Positions 1 through 11,584 of a stretch of DNA of 64,000 nucleotides are shown here, piece after piece (position 1 is the first letter of the stretch; every line of letters begins with the position of its first letter). Origin of the DNA: Perna viridis (lineage: Eukaryota); the NCBI GenBank assembly GCA_037379345.1, contig CM074518.1, positions 682,001 to 746,000 on the forward strand, given 5' to 3'. The position numbers were made by a program, and so were the translations under genes. The notes below the pieces were generated by a model that saw only the letters and a list, made by a program, of their open reading frames with translations, was not told the origin of the DNA and searched no databases.

Positions 1-660
1 TTTGTTCTCAGCTTGATTGATCGCTATGGAAACCTGAATATAAACATTGGAGGCAATAGCAAACATGAAGTGGCAGTTGATGGGAAAGGCTTTATAGCTG
101 CTTATTTAAGGGCTTTTTTAAGTACAATAGACTTAAACACAGACTTTAATGTCCAATTTAACCTGTCAACATGTATCCCAAAGGTAAGCAAACCTAATGA
201 GGACAACATCTACATTTTTAGTTTTCTTTACTTCTTTGGATTTATTTTTGTTGTCATGCAGGCATATGGTCTACGGTTGAGATGCAAAATTGCAACATTT
301 TTTTATCCAGAAAGAGATGAAGAGAGAAACAAGTTCCTCCAAGAAAAGATCTGTCTCAAGAGAAAATCTTATTTTAGTTGGATGAGACAACACATACTCT
401 CAAGGAATAAACAATTTCATATTGAAAATAGAATCACTATTCGTGGCTGGCTTCAATATAAATATCCTGTCTATGCCCGATTCTTCAGCTTTTGCCTTCC
501 AACAAAAAAGCAGTGCCTGAACTGTGATGTGGACTATGATGGAAAAAAAAGATTTTCAGTCTGTCCTGTCTGTAATTCAAACTACTGTGAGGAATGCTTT
601 ATTCATGAAATGAAAAATAACTGTGTTGTATGTGATACTAGGAATAAATCAAGAAAATAG
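1..660 (+). CDS. DCST-like gene A, 3' part of terminal coding exon (DC-STAMP domain protein, DCST1/2-sneaky-SPE-42 family); gene begins upstream of the window
   Basis: Open frame from base 1 to TAG at 658-660. It encodes the last TM helix (IYIFSFLYFFGFIFVVM), the family motif AYGLRLRxKIAxFFYPERxxER and a C-terminal CxxC-x12-CxxC-x4-CxxC-x9-CxxC (C4C4 RING-like) domain. About 86% aa identical (30 differences in 214 aa, hand count) to 17888-18547. Confidence 0.93.
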   Translation, partial: FVLSLIDRYGNLNINIGGNSKHEVAVDGKGFIAAYLRAFLSTIDLNTDFNVQFNLSTCIPKVSKPNEDNIYIFSFLYFFGFIFVVMQAYGLRLRCKIATFFYPERDEERNKFLQEKICLKRKSYFSWMRQHILSRNKQFHIENRITIRGWLQYKYPVYARFFSFCLPTKKQCLNCDVDYDGKKRFSVCPVCNSNYCEECFIHEMKNNCVVCDTRNKSRK

Positions 661-705
661 GACAATTGCTTAAACAAAATAGAAGGGAAACTAGTATTGG
701 TCAAA

Positions 706-813
706 AGGACCATTTCTTGTATTGTTTGTAAATAATAAAGCCATTGAATGATTATGATTTGTACCACATAGGACCATTCCTTGTATTGTCTGTAAATAAT
801 AAAGCCATTGAAT
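706..813 (+). promoter_or_regulatory. Duplicated 3'UTR segment with two AATAAA polyadenylation signals (734-739, 798-803) of gene A
   Basis: AGGACCATT..TTGTATTGT.TGTAAATAATAAAGCCATTGAAT occurs twice just after the stop codon. Confidence 0.5.
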
Positions 814-885
814 TATTTGTCTCACAATGGACCATTTTTTTCATTGCTTGTACAAGAACTAAAATTGCAACTAAGAACAGTGGAA

Positions 886-1752
886 ACTAGAAATATGGTG
901 AGCAAAGCTCAACACTGCTTCAAATGTAAAAGTTTGCATTCTGCTCACATTGAAGTAATCCTTTATACAGTACCTCGACTGATCCATGCAACAAATATTG
1001 CCATCGGTCATCGATCAGTTTCCGGTCAGTCATCGATCTGTCAAACCGATCGATTAAACCTGTGATCGCATCATGTGACCACAGAGCGATCATTGTATTT
1101 TACAGTTTTTATTGTTTTCTTTGTCAATTTTACACATATTTACATAATGTAATAGATTTAAACATTAATTTATACTTTTATTTTACATTTATTTCATTTC
1201 AAACAGATCTTACGTCGTTTTATATAACAAAACTGTGATCAGATCGGTCACCGGTCAGCGATCCATCAGTCAACGGTCATCAATCCGTCAAATTATGGCA
1301 CGGATCGGTTCAAGGACTGTATTCCTTCATGCAGATCTACATCTACTTTCCTATACAATAACATCTAACTCCTTTAAATTAAGGAGGAGTTGAGCTTACA
1401 AGGTTTGTAACATGTAAAACCCATAATTTGGATTATCTCCCTTTGGACAGTTTTTATATTCGTTCATGCACATCTACATATGATACTCAACCTTCCTATA
1501 AAATTTCATCTAAATCCCTTGAGCAATTGTGCTCACAAGGATTTAATATGTAAAACCTTGAACTAAGATGAACTCCCTATGGAGTCTGCCAACAGTATTT
1601 ATATTCTTTCATGCACATCTACATTTGATACTAAACCTTCAAAGTTTCATCAATAAAGCAGTTTAGTAGCAGTTGTGCTTACAAGGAATGTGGCCAAACG
1701 GAGGGAAAGATAGACAGACAGGGTGATTCCTATATACCCAGGGGGTATAATT
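886..1752 (+). mobile_element. Non-autonomous Helentron-type (HINE/pearl-like) element, interrupted by a MITE
   Basis: Starts AACTAGAAAT, like 15235. It has internal degenerate repeats (ATGCACATCTACAT..AAATTTCATC), a GACA microsatellite and the terminal GGTGATTCCTATATACCC..GGGGGTATAAT hairpin. Family assignment is from recalled architecture. Confidence 0.55.
968..1319. mobile_element. Tc1/mariner-type MITE
   Basis: Imperfect TIRs CAGTACCTCGACTGATCCATGC / GCACGGATCGGTTCAAGGACTG, flanked by TA on both sides (966-967, 1320-1321). Ends are CpG-rich relative to the background. Confidence 0.7.
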
Positions 1753-2021
1753 AGCCTATCATTCATAAAGTAAAATGTTCAACGATCTAATGCCTCTGTA
1801 GTTTTATTTCAACCAGGTACATGACCTTCAAAGTCATGTTTAGTGAGTAAATAAAATGCAAACAAATAAAACCCAATATTTTAAAATTAGTTTATCATCA
1901 TAATTTGACCTCACCAAGCATGAAATTGAACGTACAGTAGGATATTTAGGTAATACCAAACTAGGTACTGTGTATGTAAGCCACCATTTAGCCCCTCCAT
2001 AAAAAAAATATTTATTATTAC

Positions 2022-2169
2022 AGAGTAATCAAGGGAATCAAGGTTTTAGCGGTAATCAAAAGAATGTAATCCAGGGACAAAGACCAAACATGGAAAACAG
2101 ACATTCACAACAAAGAACATAAAGTAACTAAAATCATAATACGAAGTAACAAAAGTAAATGAGCAACTC
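2022..2169 (-). mobile_element. 3' terminal fragment of the Penelope-like retroelement family
   Basis: Near-identical to 54891-55040 and to the reverse complement of ~62250-62390. Confidence 0.75.
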
Positions 2170-2629
2170 AAAAAAAAAACTTTAATAAAGAACATTGACT
2201 TATTCACAAGTGAGAAACCAATAATAGGTTCATATTATTTTTTGTAGCAATCTGCTTTGTTCTTTATAGCAGTACATGTTTTACAATCGCTGAAACTTGC
2301 CTCCTCAACAATATGTCAGAGTAAGGAGTGAGGGTACTCCCAGAGATAATGAGACACTGTGTGTCTACTGGGAAGAGGCCTGGTCTATCGATAGCTCTGA
2401 ACAGCTTATTCTATTAGCAGGGTGACTATCACTGGCACTTAAACAAGATTTTTTTGAAAAACTGACCAAAATTTTGAAAAACTTGGCCCGAAATACTTGG
2501 AGATTAATGAAACTAGATATCATGGAGATGGCAGCCATCTCTTAGGGCCCCACTGGTTGAAAATATATTTTTAAATATCCACTGCTTAACAGGAAATATT
2601 GAGAACTTGGTAAAAAATTGGTCGATCGA

Positions 2630-3225
2630 AACGAAACGTAAACATGACTTGTAACTCATCATAATTGACACATGATTGACTTACTTACCAAATATAAGTC
2701 CAATATCTGCATGCGTATGGAAAAAAAGTGTGAAAAACTGTGATTTTATTGAAATTTTGGAATTCCAAGGGCCGTAACTTGTCAAAAATCAGTGGAACGG
2801 AACAAAACATACACTTGAGTTGTAACTAATCATACTTGACACAAATACACAACATTGGTCCATTATCTGCAAGCGTATGGAAACAATATGCGGAAAACTG
2901 CAATTTTAGTGAAATTTTGGAATACCAAGGACCGTAACTTGGTCAAAAACCGGTGGAGCGGAACAAAACTCAAACCTGATTTGTATCTATTCATAATTGA
3001 CTCGCATACAAAATATCAGCCCAATATCTGCAAGCGTATGGGAAAAAAGTGCATAAAATGGCAATTTTAGTGAAATTTCAAAGTCCAAGGGCCATTACTT
3101 GATAAAATATTGGTGGAGCGAAACGAAACTTAAACTTGATTTGTAACTATTCATACTTGACCAACATACAAAATATCAGCCCAATATCTGCAAGCATATT
3201 GAAAAAAAGTGTGGAAAACTGATTT
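2630..3225. repeat. 3-4 tandem ~160-180 bp core repeats of a Helentron-type element
   Basis: Recurring AAATATCAGCCCAATATCTGCAAGCGTATGGAAAAAAAGTG..AAGTCCAAGGGCC.TAACTT..CGGTGGAGCGGAACAAAACT blocks. Confidence 0.7.
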
Positions 3226-3751
3226 TGTCAGAATTAATGTCATACTAAAAACAAAAACTACTCAGTTTTTATGTAGGGATGAAATCAGGAATTGACAAGC
3301 ATCTCTATTAGAGAAAACAAGGTTCAATTTGAATATCGTATCCTATGGGAATAAAATCTATTCAGGGCAGTTGGTAAATCCATCAGGTTTTGCTTGAAAG
3401 AATGTGCCTTACAGACTGTATTTCTATAAACTAGAGGCTCTAAAGGGTCTGACTCGCTCACCTTGTGAATTTGAAATCATTAGAAAGAAAAAGTTTATCA
3501 ATTAAAGAGGTCCCTATACTTATATCATTCCAGCTACCTGTTGAGCCATCTAACCCACTCAAATGTTGAATCAATTAAAAACAGCATTGTGGTCAAAAAG
3601 CCTATAATGTTTCAAAACATTGGCACTTTTGGTTTTGGAGAAAACATAATCAAAGTACTGAAGTACTGACTCAATGTAGGTCTTCATAGCTTGCTGTTTA
3701 CATTTCAAATCATAAAAAATGGATTGTATAATATTTAAATAGGGAAAATAA

Positions 3752-4203
3752 TTTTAAAACCTCTGTTTTGAAGGAGATGGGTATACAGTTTTACCCTTGT
3801 CCATGTTTTCATTTTTCTGTAACACTTTTTATGTCACAGCTTTCTAAGCAACTACTTGTCAGAGCGGCTTGAAATTTTAAAACATTCTTCCCGAAGTTAT
3901 GTCATTTGATGGTATCCATTTTCAAATAAATTGACAACAACTTCCTTTTTACTGAGGACTTTGTTTATTTTTTACTTTATATTTTAAAAGTTGACAATTT
4001 TGACATGCTTTTCTCTGCAACTACTCATCTCAGTGCCTTAAAATTGTAAAACATTTTTTTCGTAGTTATGCTTTATACTGGGATCCATTTTTGGGAAAAT
4101 TCGACAACAACTTCCTGTTTACCAAGGACTTTATTTATTTTCCTTATATCATGGTTGAAAACCGGGGTATCACTAGTGAGCCATCACTCAGAGATTTATA
4201 GTT
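3752..4203 (-). mobile_element. Helentron-type (HINE-like) element with two ~180 bp core repeats
   Basis: Two copies of GCAACTAC..CTT.AAATT.TAAAACATT..AGTTATG..ATCCATTTT..GACAACAACTTCCT. The GGGGTATCACTAGTGAGC..TAGTT end resembles the reverse complement of AACTAG-type starts. Confidence 0.45.
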
Positions 4204-7200
4204 GAATTTTTACTCTGTTAGACAAAGCTTTTGACAGAAGATGGTCTATAAACTGAGCAGTCATGACACCTAAACAAAACAAAACAAATGGGAGAAAAAT
4301 TATCCACTACTTTCTAAACTTTTCAGACACATAGATTTGATGATACAAATTTCAAAATGTACATGTTAAATCAGTCTCCCATGTTTTTTGTTTTTGTTTC
4401 ACAAATTCAATACAAAGCATTTGCTTCTGCTTATCATAGGACTGAACCAAATATTTTTACATGTATGTCTAAAAGGCTATAAAATTAGGGTTTTCCCAAA
4501 GTCTTATCAGTGCACTGTACGCTTTTATAGCTAAACAACTGTTGAATCCAGTGAAAGAACGTAAATTTGCCTTTTTGCTGTCTAATTACGATCAATATGA
4601 ATCAAATGACCAAACAATCAGGCCAAAGCATCAACACAGCAGCCCAACCAGTAGTAGGACATATTCTGAGTTCTGTCTGATTACTCAAAGGCTTGATTCT
4701 TTCACCTCTACAGTGCAAAATAAGTTACTAACAGAATCCCAGGAAGGATGAGTTCTGAGAGACTCAAAAAGGTATTCAAACAACTTGTATCTTTCAGTAC
4801 TTTTGGATTCCATATCCTCGATGGCTAAACCAGTGAATAAGCAAGTCCCATTCTAATTAACTGCATTGGTGTGAAATATTCCAAATGAACATAAGCATAA
4901 GACTTTTGGTGAATAAAATCTTTACCAACTTAGACAAGAACTAATATGTTACACATTTTTTAACGGGTGTTGTTAATTGTTATGTGTTATGTGTTAAGAT
5001 AACAAATAATAATAGGAATATAATTATTGAAACTGAGCTTGTTACAATGATTATGATACTGTTTACAAGTAACAATATGTAAAATCAAAGACTGAAGTTT
5101 CCAAAGTCGCTAATCATCAAATATTCACTGTCACTGATTTTGGCATACTCTAAACATCTGAAATGGTACAAATGCGATATGCTCTAAAATCAGGGGACAT
5201 CCGCCAAAAATCTTGGTTCCCTTGATATCATTGTGTACTATTTTGTAACCATTATGATCCGAATGGCTATATATAGATATCCGTGTACTGATAATATATA
5301 TGACCTTTATATAATCAATTGTAATGAACGCCCTTGTTTGAATCAGAAACTGGGTGGTATTACGTAAATTCAATGCTAACCGATCATTATGATATTGACA
5401 GGGAACCAGTTTATGAACCAGATTAAGCAGCTGGCAATGAATACTCATAAATATTGGGGCTTGCTAATGCATATGACCTATATAGTCTTGTAACGAGTCT
5501 CAGTGCCTGAATCGGAAACAGGGTAATGTTCAAAGCTAAGTGATCATTTCATGTAAATTTTCTGTTCTCATTCAAGCAAGAAACACACGTAGATCACACC
5601 TGTATGATATTTAAGAGGTACATTTTTATCTCATATGAAGCTAGAACTATAATGCTGTGGTGGTGAACACGGCGAAGATCTGCTGGATTATGTGGCATAT
5701 AACTAAACATTAATGCAAATCATATGCGAATATCAAATACAGAAATTACGAGTGAAAGAAGTCGCTAACAGTATTAGCAACTTAAAAAGAGTTTTGTGCA
5801 GCATGTTAGTAACACAACTATAATCATGTTGTATACTGCACACAAAAAAAATTAATAAAATAAAATAAAAGAACAAAGCATCAGAAAACAGTTAGTTTAT
5901 TATTTATAAGAAGGTAACTAAGTGCAAAAGAAGACTACAATTTGAATTAATAAGTTTTCCATAATTACAATATTTTATAAGTTAAATCTGATTTAAAATA
6001 TAGAATGACTTAAATAATACATGTACTTCAAGTACTGCATGTGATTTTAAGTTGATATTCTCTGAAAAGGTATTTGAAAAAAGAAATGGCACATTTGTTC
6101 AAAAATATCAAATAACAGTACTATCTAGTGAAGTAGACAATCATATAAATGGTATATTATAAAACAAAACCTATTATCTTCATATATAATGCATCATATT
6201 TCCACAAATTTAACATTACATTTTCGAAGAAATAATGTAACGTTCTGCATAAGAACCTTTGTTTAAGGCTGTTTAACATCTTTTTAAATTAAAAAATGTA
6301 TCAAAATTTGACATGATGCTCATCTAGTGAAGAGTGATGCAAAGGTACTAATTTACGGTGGCCATATGTGTAGAAAAAACTTGAGATAATCAAAACTTTT
6401 TTCGAAACCAATACAGGACTTATGAAGAAAGACTGATGTCTACATTAGGGAATGCATTTGTGAAGTTACCCATCTATAAAAAAAATAGTAAAACTGTTCC
6501 CCAAATGGCGTCCCCTTCAGTTTCAGCAACTTTTCTCCTTTACCTTGCAGCCGAGTCATATTTTTGTCTCAAATGTATATATTTAGCAACCTAGGGTCAC
6601 TTATGATATTGACCTGCAGAGAACCAGTGATATAACTTTCTCCTAAGGTCACGTGAGAAATTAATACGCATGGGATCGACTGTCACCATGTGATCAAACG
6701 GGCTGATGAAACAAGTCGGAAAATAGTGTGAACTTATTATACAGAGTATTATGAAAGATTTGAAATTTCTCTTGTATTCTTTCCATTGACTATAGTCAGT
6801 GCCTAGAAACTAGATAGCAGATGCTTGTGAGTGCTACTGTAAAATATGATATCCGCTTAACGAGGCAAGATTTCGTTTGATACCTAGGACAATTTCAGCC
6901 ACTGCCGGGCTTCATTGACAAAAAAGGCCAAAAACTCCAACAAGGGTCAACAGATCTCTATGATTAGATTACATCATGCTGAATACTTATAGTCAAATTT
7001 TGTTTAAACCAATAATATAATTGTCCACAATACCCAAAAGGAACAATCCTAATATCAGTTCTGTCCACAATACCCAAAAGGAAACAATCCTAATATGAGT
7101 TCTGTCCACAATACCCAAAAGAATATATTTACAAAGAACATGTTTTAATGTTTTGGAAAGATTTTAATAATTACAACATGAAAATGAACACTGAAAAACT

Positions 7201-7451
7201 GACAATGAGGAAAATGGATGCCAAGTGATGACAATTTCTTACATGGCCCTTGATGCCAGGTATGCTAAAAACTGGGTAAAGCAATTACATTTTTAATCAA
7301 GAACCTGCAAGTGCTTTTATATTTTTGTATCAAAGTTTTGTTTTGGCAAAAACCAATGAGTGTGAGTGATAATGATACTCATGATGCAAAAGCTTTTCTG
7401 CAATGAATTCATTACAATCTGACACTTCATTACAAATACAAGCAAAATGGA

Positions 7452-7600
7452 TTAGTCGTCAAATGTAAGTACAATAAGAGAGTGCATATCACCATCTAAT
7501 AATAGAAAATAAGGAGAATCAAAATCATCTCTTTTGTCATAAATTTTAGTTTGATGGCTGCCATTTTCTGGTGTAATAGAACAATTGAGTGTATATATAT
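7452..7600 (-). pseudogene. Degenerate Penelope-like RT C-terminal fragment
   Basis: Translation contains TKIYDKRDDFD..F..LDGD, matching TKLYDKRDDFSF in the 61.7 kb copy. Confidence 0.55.
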
Positions 7601-8749
7601 CTAATTGAGAACTACACACTAACAATTTATGCTTCTTATCAAACAAATTTAAAGAAAATCTGCTTCACTTAATTTTTAAACAGAGATAAAAAACCAACAA
7701 AAGGATTCTTTTTTTAAGAAAATCATTTACATTATGCCAGATCATAAGTGAATCCTTTAAAACAATAAACACCATGTTTAAATTGAGTTATATCCCTTTG
7801 AACCAAAATACACAATTTTTATCATGTTTCATTAATTTGCCCTAACAGAATATTTTTCAACATTCATTGCTATTATCAAGGAACATGAAATGTTGGGGAC
7901 TTATAAGCTCTTTTTTCACGTTTTTTCTGTAGTGTATTTTTTTATTTGTGAACTCGATTGTATGTTTTTTCAAAAAGGAATGGAGGGATTAGATTGAACA
8001 AAACAAAATAAATGGAGGGGCTCTTTGGCTTAAAAGGGGGAACATTGCAATATCTCAGGAACCTAGGTGGCCATTTGTGATTTTTCACATTTTCCCCATA
8101 TACAAAGAATAAAATGCTTTGCAGGAAAAAGCATGATACAGGTGCAGAGTATGGACTGATACAGCTCTGAATTATGATTACGATTAAATATGTAACACAG
8201 GAAAAGAATTTGACCAGAATTGTAGTGGTCCCTTTTTTGATTCTTTAGTCCTCAATAAACATAACTATTAGAATGCTTGCTTCTGGTTCCTTATTGGCTT
8301 TTCATTCCTAATTGAACTGAGTTACAACCCCAAAATCAATTCTTCCTTCTTTGTGGTATGGCACCTGTGGTACAATTTCAAAGAGATCCATTCAATTGTA
8401 TTCAACATAGTAACCTTTAAGTCATGAAAATGCTTGTTTCTGGCACCTTTTTTATCCCATTTTCTAAAGTAGTATAGGTTACAAAGTGAAAAATGTATCT
8501 CAGTCCTTTTTTTCTTTGAGGTATGGCACATTGTGGTAAAATTTAAAAAAGATTCATTTATTCATGGCAATGTTATTGTCTGGACATCATGAAAAAGCTA
8601 GTTTCTGGTCCCTTTTTGATGCTTAATTCTCAGACGGTTCAAGTCATATCTGTCCTAATTAAACCAGCCTTTCATTTGTAATATGGCAACCATAGTATAA
8701 TTTTATAAAGATCCTTATGCTTATACTCAAATAAATTGTCTGAAAAGCA

Positions 8750-8955
8750 AATTGTATACTGGAGGTTAGATGATGATTGTGATTTAAACACATCATATAT
8801 TAATTGTATACTGGAGGTTAGATGATGATTGTGATTTAAACACAGCATATATTAATTATATACTGGAGGTTAGATGATGATGATGATTTAAACACAGCAT
8901 ATATTAATTGTATACTGGAGGTTAGATGATGATTTAAACACAGCATATATTAAAT
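8750..8955. repeat. ~52 bp minisatellite x4
   Basis: ATTGTATACTGGAGGTTAGATGATGATTGTGATTTAAACACAGCATATATTA repeated. Confidence 0.9.
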
Positions 8956-9494
8956 TGAGCAGAATTCAAATAATAGCATGGTCAAAGAACATTGAAATTA
9001 GTCACCTACAGTCCCTGGACCAACCTTCTCAACATTGAAATTAGTCATTTACCTACAGTCCCTTCTCAACATATACAACGGATATATAAGAATCACCCAA
9101 ATTATCCATCATAGTTCTATACAGGAATCCCCTTGTAAAATTATCCATCCCAGTTCATGTACTTTTTTTTTACTGTCAATACTTTACTTCAGAAGATCAA
9201 ATAGTAAAAGCCCATGCTAAGTAGTTTCCAAGGTCACTTAAATAAGATTGTGTTTTCTATTTGATGATATATGTGGAACACTGATAGCATCAGTGGACCA
9301 CCATTCCATATAAATTAGACAACCTTTAAACTTATAATTACTTATTTTTTAAGTATAAAACTAACCATTAAGTAAATCAAAATATTTTCAATATCTTCAG
9401 CTGCACAATGGTTAATATTTTTTTTGCATTTTTTTTTTTTTAAATATATGGGAGAAACAGGTACATAGTGCACACTTTATGAAAAAAAGCCCAT

Positions 9495-10430
9495 ATACAT
9501 AAACATACAATCATGCTGACAATCCCAGGGCTCATATGACCACCTGGGTACAGTCACATAAACATACAATCATGCTGACAATCCCAGGGCACATATGACC
9601 ACTTGGGTACGGTCACATAAACATGCAGTCATGCTGACAATCCCAGGGCTCATATGACCACTTGTGTACAGTCACAGAAACATGCAGTGATGCTGATAAT
9701 CCCAGGGCTCATATGACTACTTGTGCACAGTCACAGAAACATGCAGTCATGCTGACAATGTCAGGGCTCATATGACTACTTGTGCACAGTCACAGAAACA
9801 TGCAGTCATGCTGACAATGTCAGGGCTCTTGTGTCCACTTGTTTGTTTGTTGTTGGGGTTTAACGTCCGAGCAGCAGTATTTCAGCTATATTCAGACGAT
9901 GAACATGAAATTGATGATAAAATGAACATGAAATAATGATGAAATGAAAAAGGGATGGGACACAAGGATAATGGGGTCGACATATTTTGATTGCCACTGG
10001 AAATAGGGAGAAATGGGTAGGGTCAGGCAATTTAGCCTCCTGTGGCGAAGCCCTATGGTTCCTACTCCGGGAGAATACCACAGTAGGGTTCTTTCACGTG
10101 CGAGGAACATGGCATCTTTCCCAACACGGTGCACCACTATGGTTTGCAGTCAGGTTTTCCGTATTATAGCCTGACAACCCCAGCATGTAACACGCCAGGG
10201 GTACCCCATTCCACCACATCCCAGTTGCTCTGTGGGCAGAGCGCCCTAGCCCCTGGCTAGGGTTCTGAGCACTATTTAGTCGCCTTTTACGACAAGCTTA
10301 GCGCTGCTGCAGGCCTATTCTTTTAACACCCGGACCTGCACGGGGTGTGTCCACTTGTGCACAGTCATATAAACATGCAGTCATGCTGACAATGTCAGGG
10401 CTCCTATGTCCACTTGTGTACAGTCACAAA
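9495..10430. repeat. 59 bp minisatellite (~7 units) interrupted by a retroposon
   Basis: CATGCAGTCATGCTGACAATCCCAGGGCTCATATGACCACTTGTGTACAGTCACATAAA units at 9495-9842, resuming at 10346-10430. Confidence 0.9.
9843..10345 (-). mobile_element. Full-length SINE-like non-autonomous retroposon (~500 bp)
   Basis: 13-bp TSD TGTGTCCACTTGT (9830-9842, 10346-10358). On the minus strand it has a (CAAA)n-type tail preceded by ATATAGCTGAAATACTGCTGCTCGGACGTTAAACCCC and a central GCACGTGAAAGAACCC..GAGTAGG motif reminiscent of Meta/Nin-type SINE cores. GC and CpG content are elevated. Confidence 0.85.
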
Positions 10431-11584
10431 AATACAAAGAAAATTTTCTTTAATTTCATTGCAAAAAGTCAGATTTTATTAGACCACATATAAAAAGGAA
10501 AGCTTTAGTACCCAAAATTGGAAACATCAATTTACATTGATAATATTGTAATCTAGTGTTTTTGTTAATGCTAAAAGTGTTTTATGAATTAAGTTCAAAT
10601 CAAATTATCTGAGCCTAAAGCTCCCTTCCAAGTTCCATATTTGTAGAACTCTTACAGGACTTTACTTGGTCCATGTTCAGCTGGTAAGAATAACTGAATG
10701 ATTTCTGTTTCAAGCTTTTCAATTTATCACCATATTTTGCTCACTGGTAAATACTGGGACATTTACTAAGATGGCCAGATTAAGTGATGCTGTATTTTAG
10801 ATAAAATCTCATATCCTGACCTCTGATCTCAACATCTACTGTCAATCATACACAGGAAATTTACATAGCAATAATTGACAGAACAAAAGTTGTTATCCAA
10901 AATCTAAGTTACAACAGAGTGGATGGAGAGTTTAACACCAAAGGTAAAGTTACAAGTCAATACAATTATATAATAAATAATAATAAAAAAAATACAATTA
11001 TATTTTTGAAAAACTTATGAAGCTTAAGTATTTTCTCAAATCTTGTTAATGTACATGTAGGCTCATTCTTATTAAAACCTGGAATATTATTTAATAAAAT
11101 ATATGGCATTTAAAAAATTGTGTAAACTCTCTAGTTTCATTTTTTATTTGTTGTAAAAATAAGAGTGTAATATGAAAAATTCATTAATTTGTTCCCTTTA
11201 TGTTTTCTGGATAACTCTAAATATGCCTTTAAATCAGACAGCCCAGAGTACACAATAATTAAACACAGGTCTTCCCTGTTCCATATTGTCAATATAATGG
11301 TGTGTTTGTTAAATACTATTTTTTGTGTTGCTTTATTATTTTGTATACTAATATGAAATTATAAATTATCATTTTCATTATACCACTACAAAATGCACTA
11401 GGAGACAGATGGAAGAACAAGCTTCATAGAGATTAATTAAGTTCCCTTTGAGTTCCATCCAAACAAAAGTAAATGAAAAGAAAGAAGAACCAGAAAAAAA
11501 GAAGATTCAGTGAAAAAAATAATACAGTGGTGGTGGGGGGGGGGGGGGAGGGGGGGGTGTGGCGCCTTTAGTCCCTTAGAACTC

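Noticed and set aside
6695-6745. CTGATGA..GAAA hammerhead-like core
   Set aside because: Stems II and III cannot be paired.
10923-10943. Possible upstream coding mini-exon MESLTPK|GTAAAG for gene B
   Set aside because: A phase-0 donor is incompatible with the frame at acceptor 14245. It could only be UTR, and there is no support for that.
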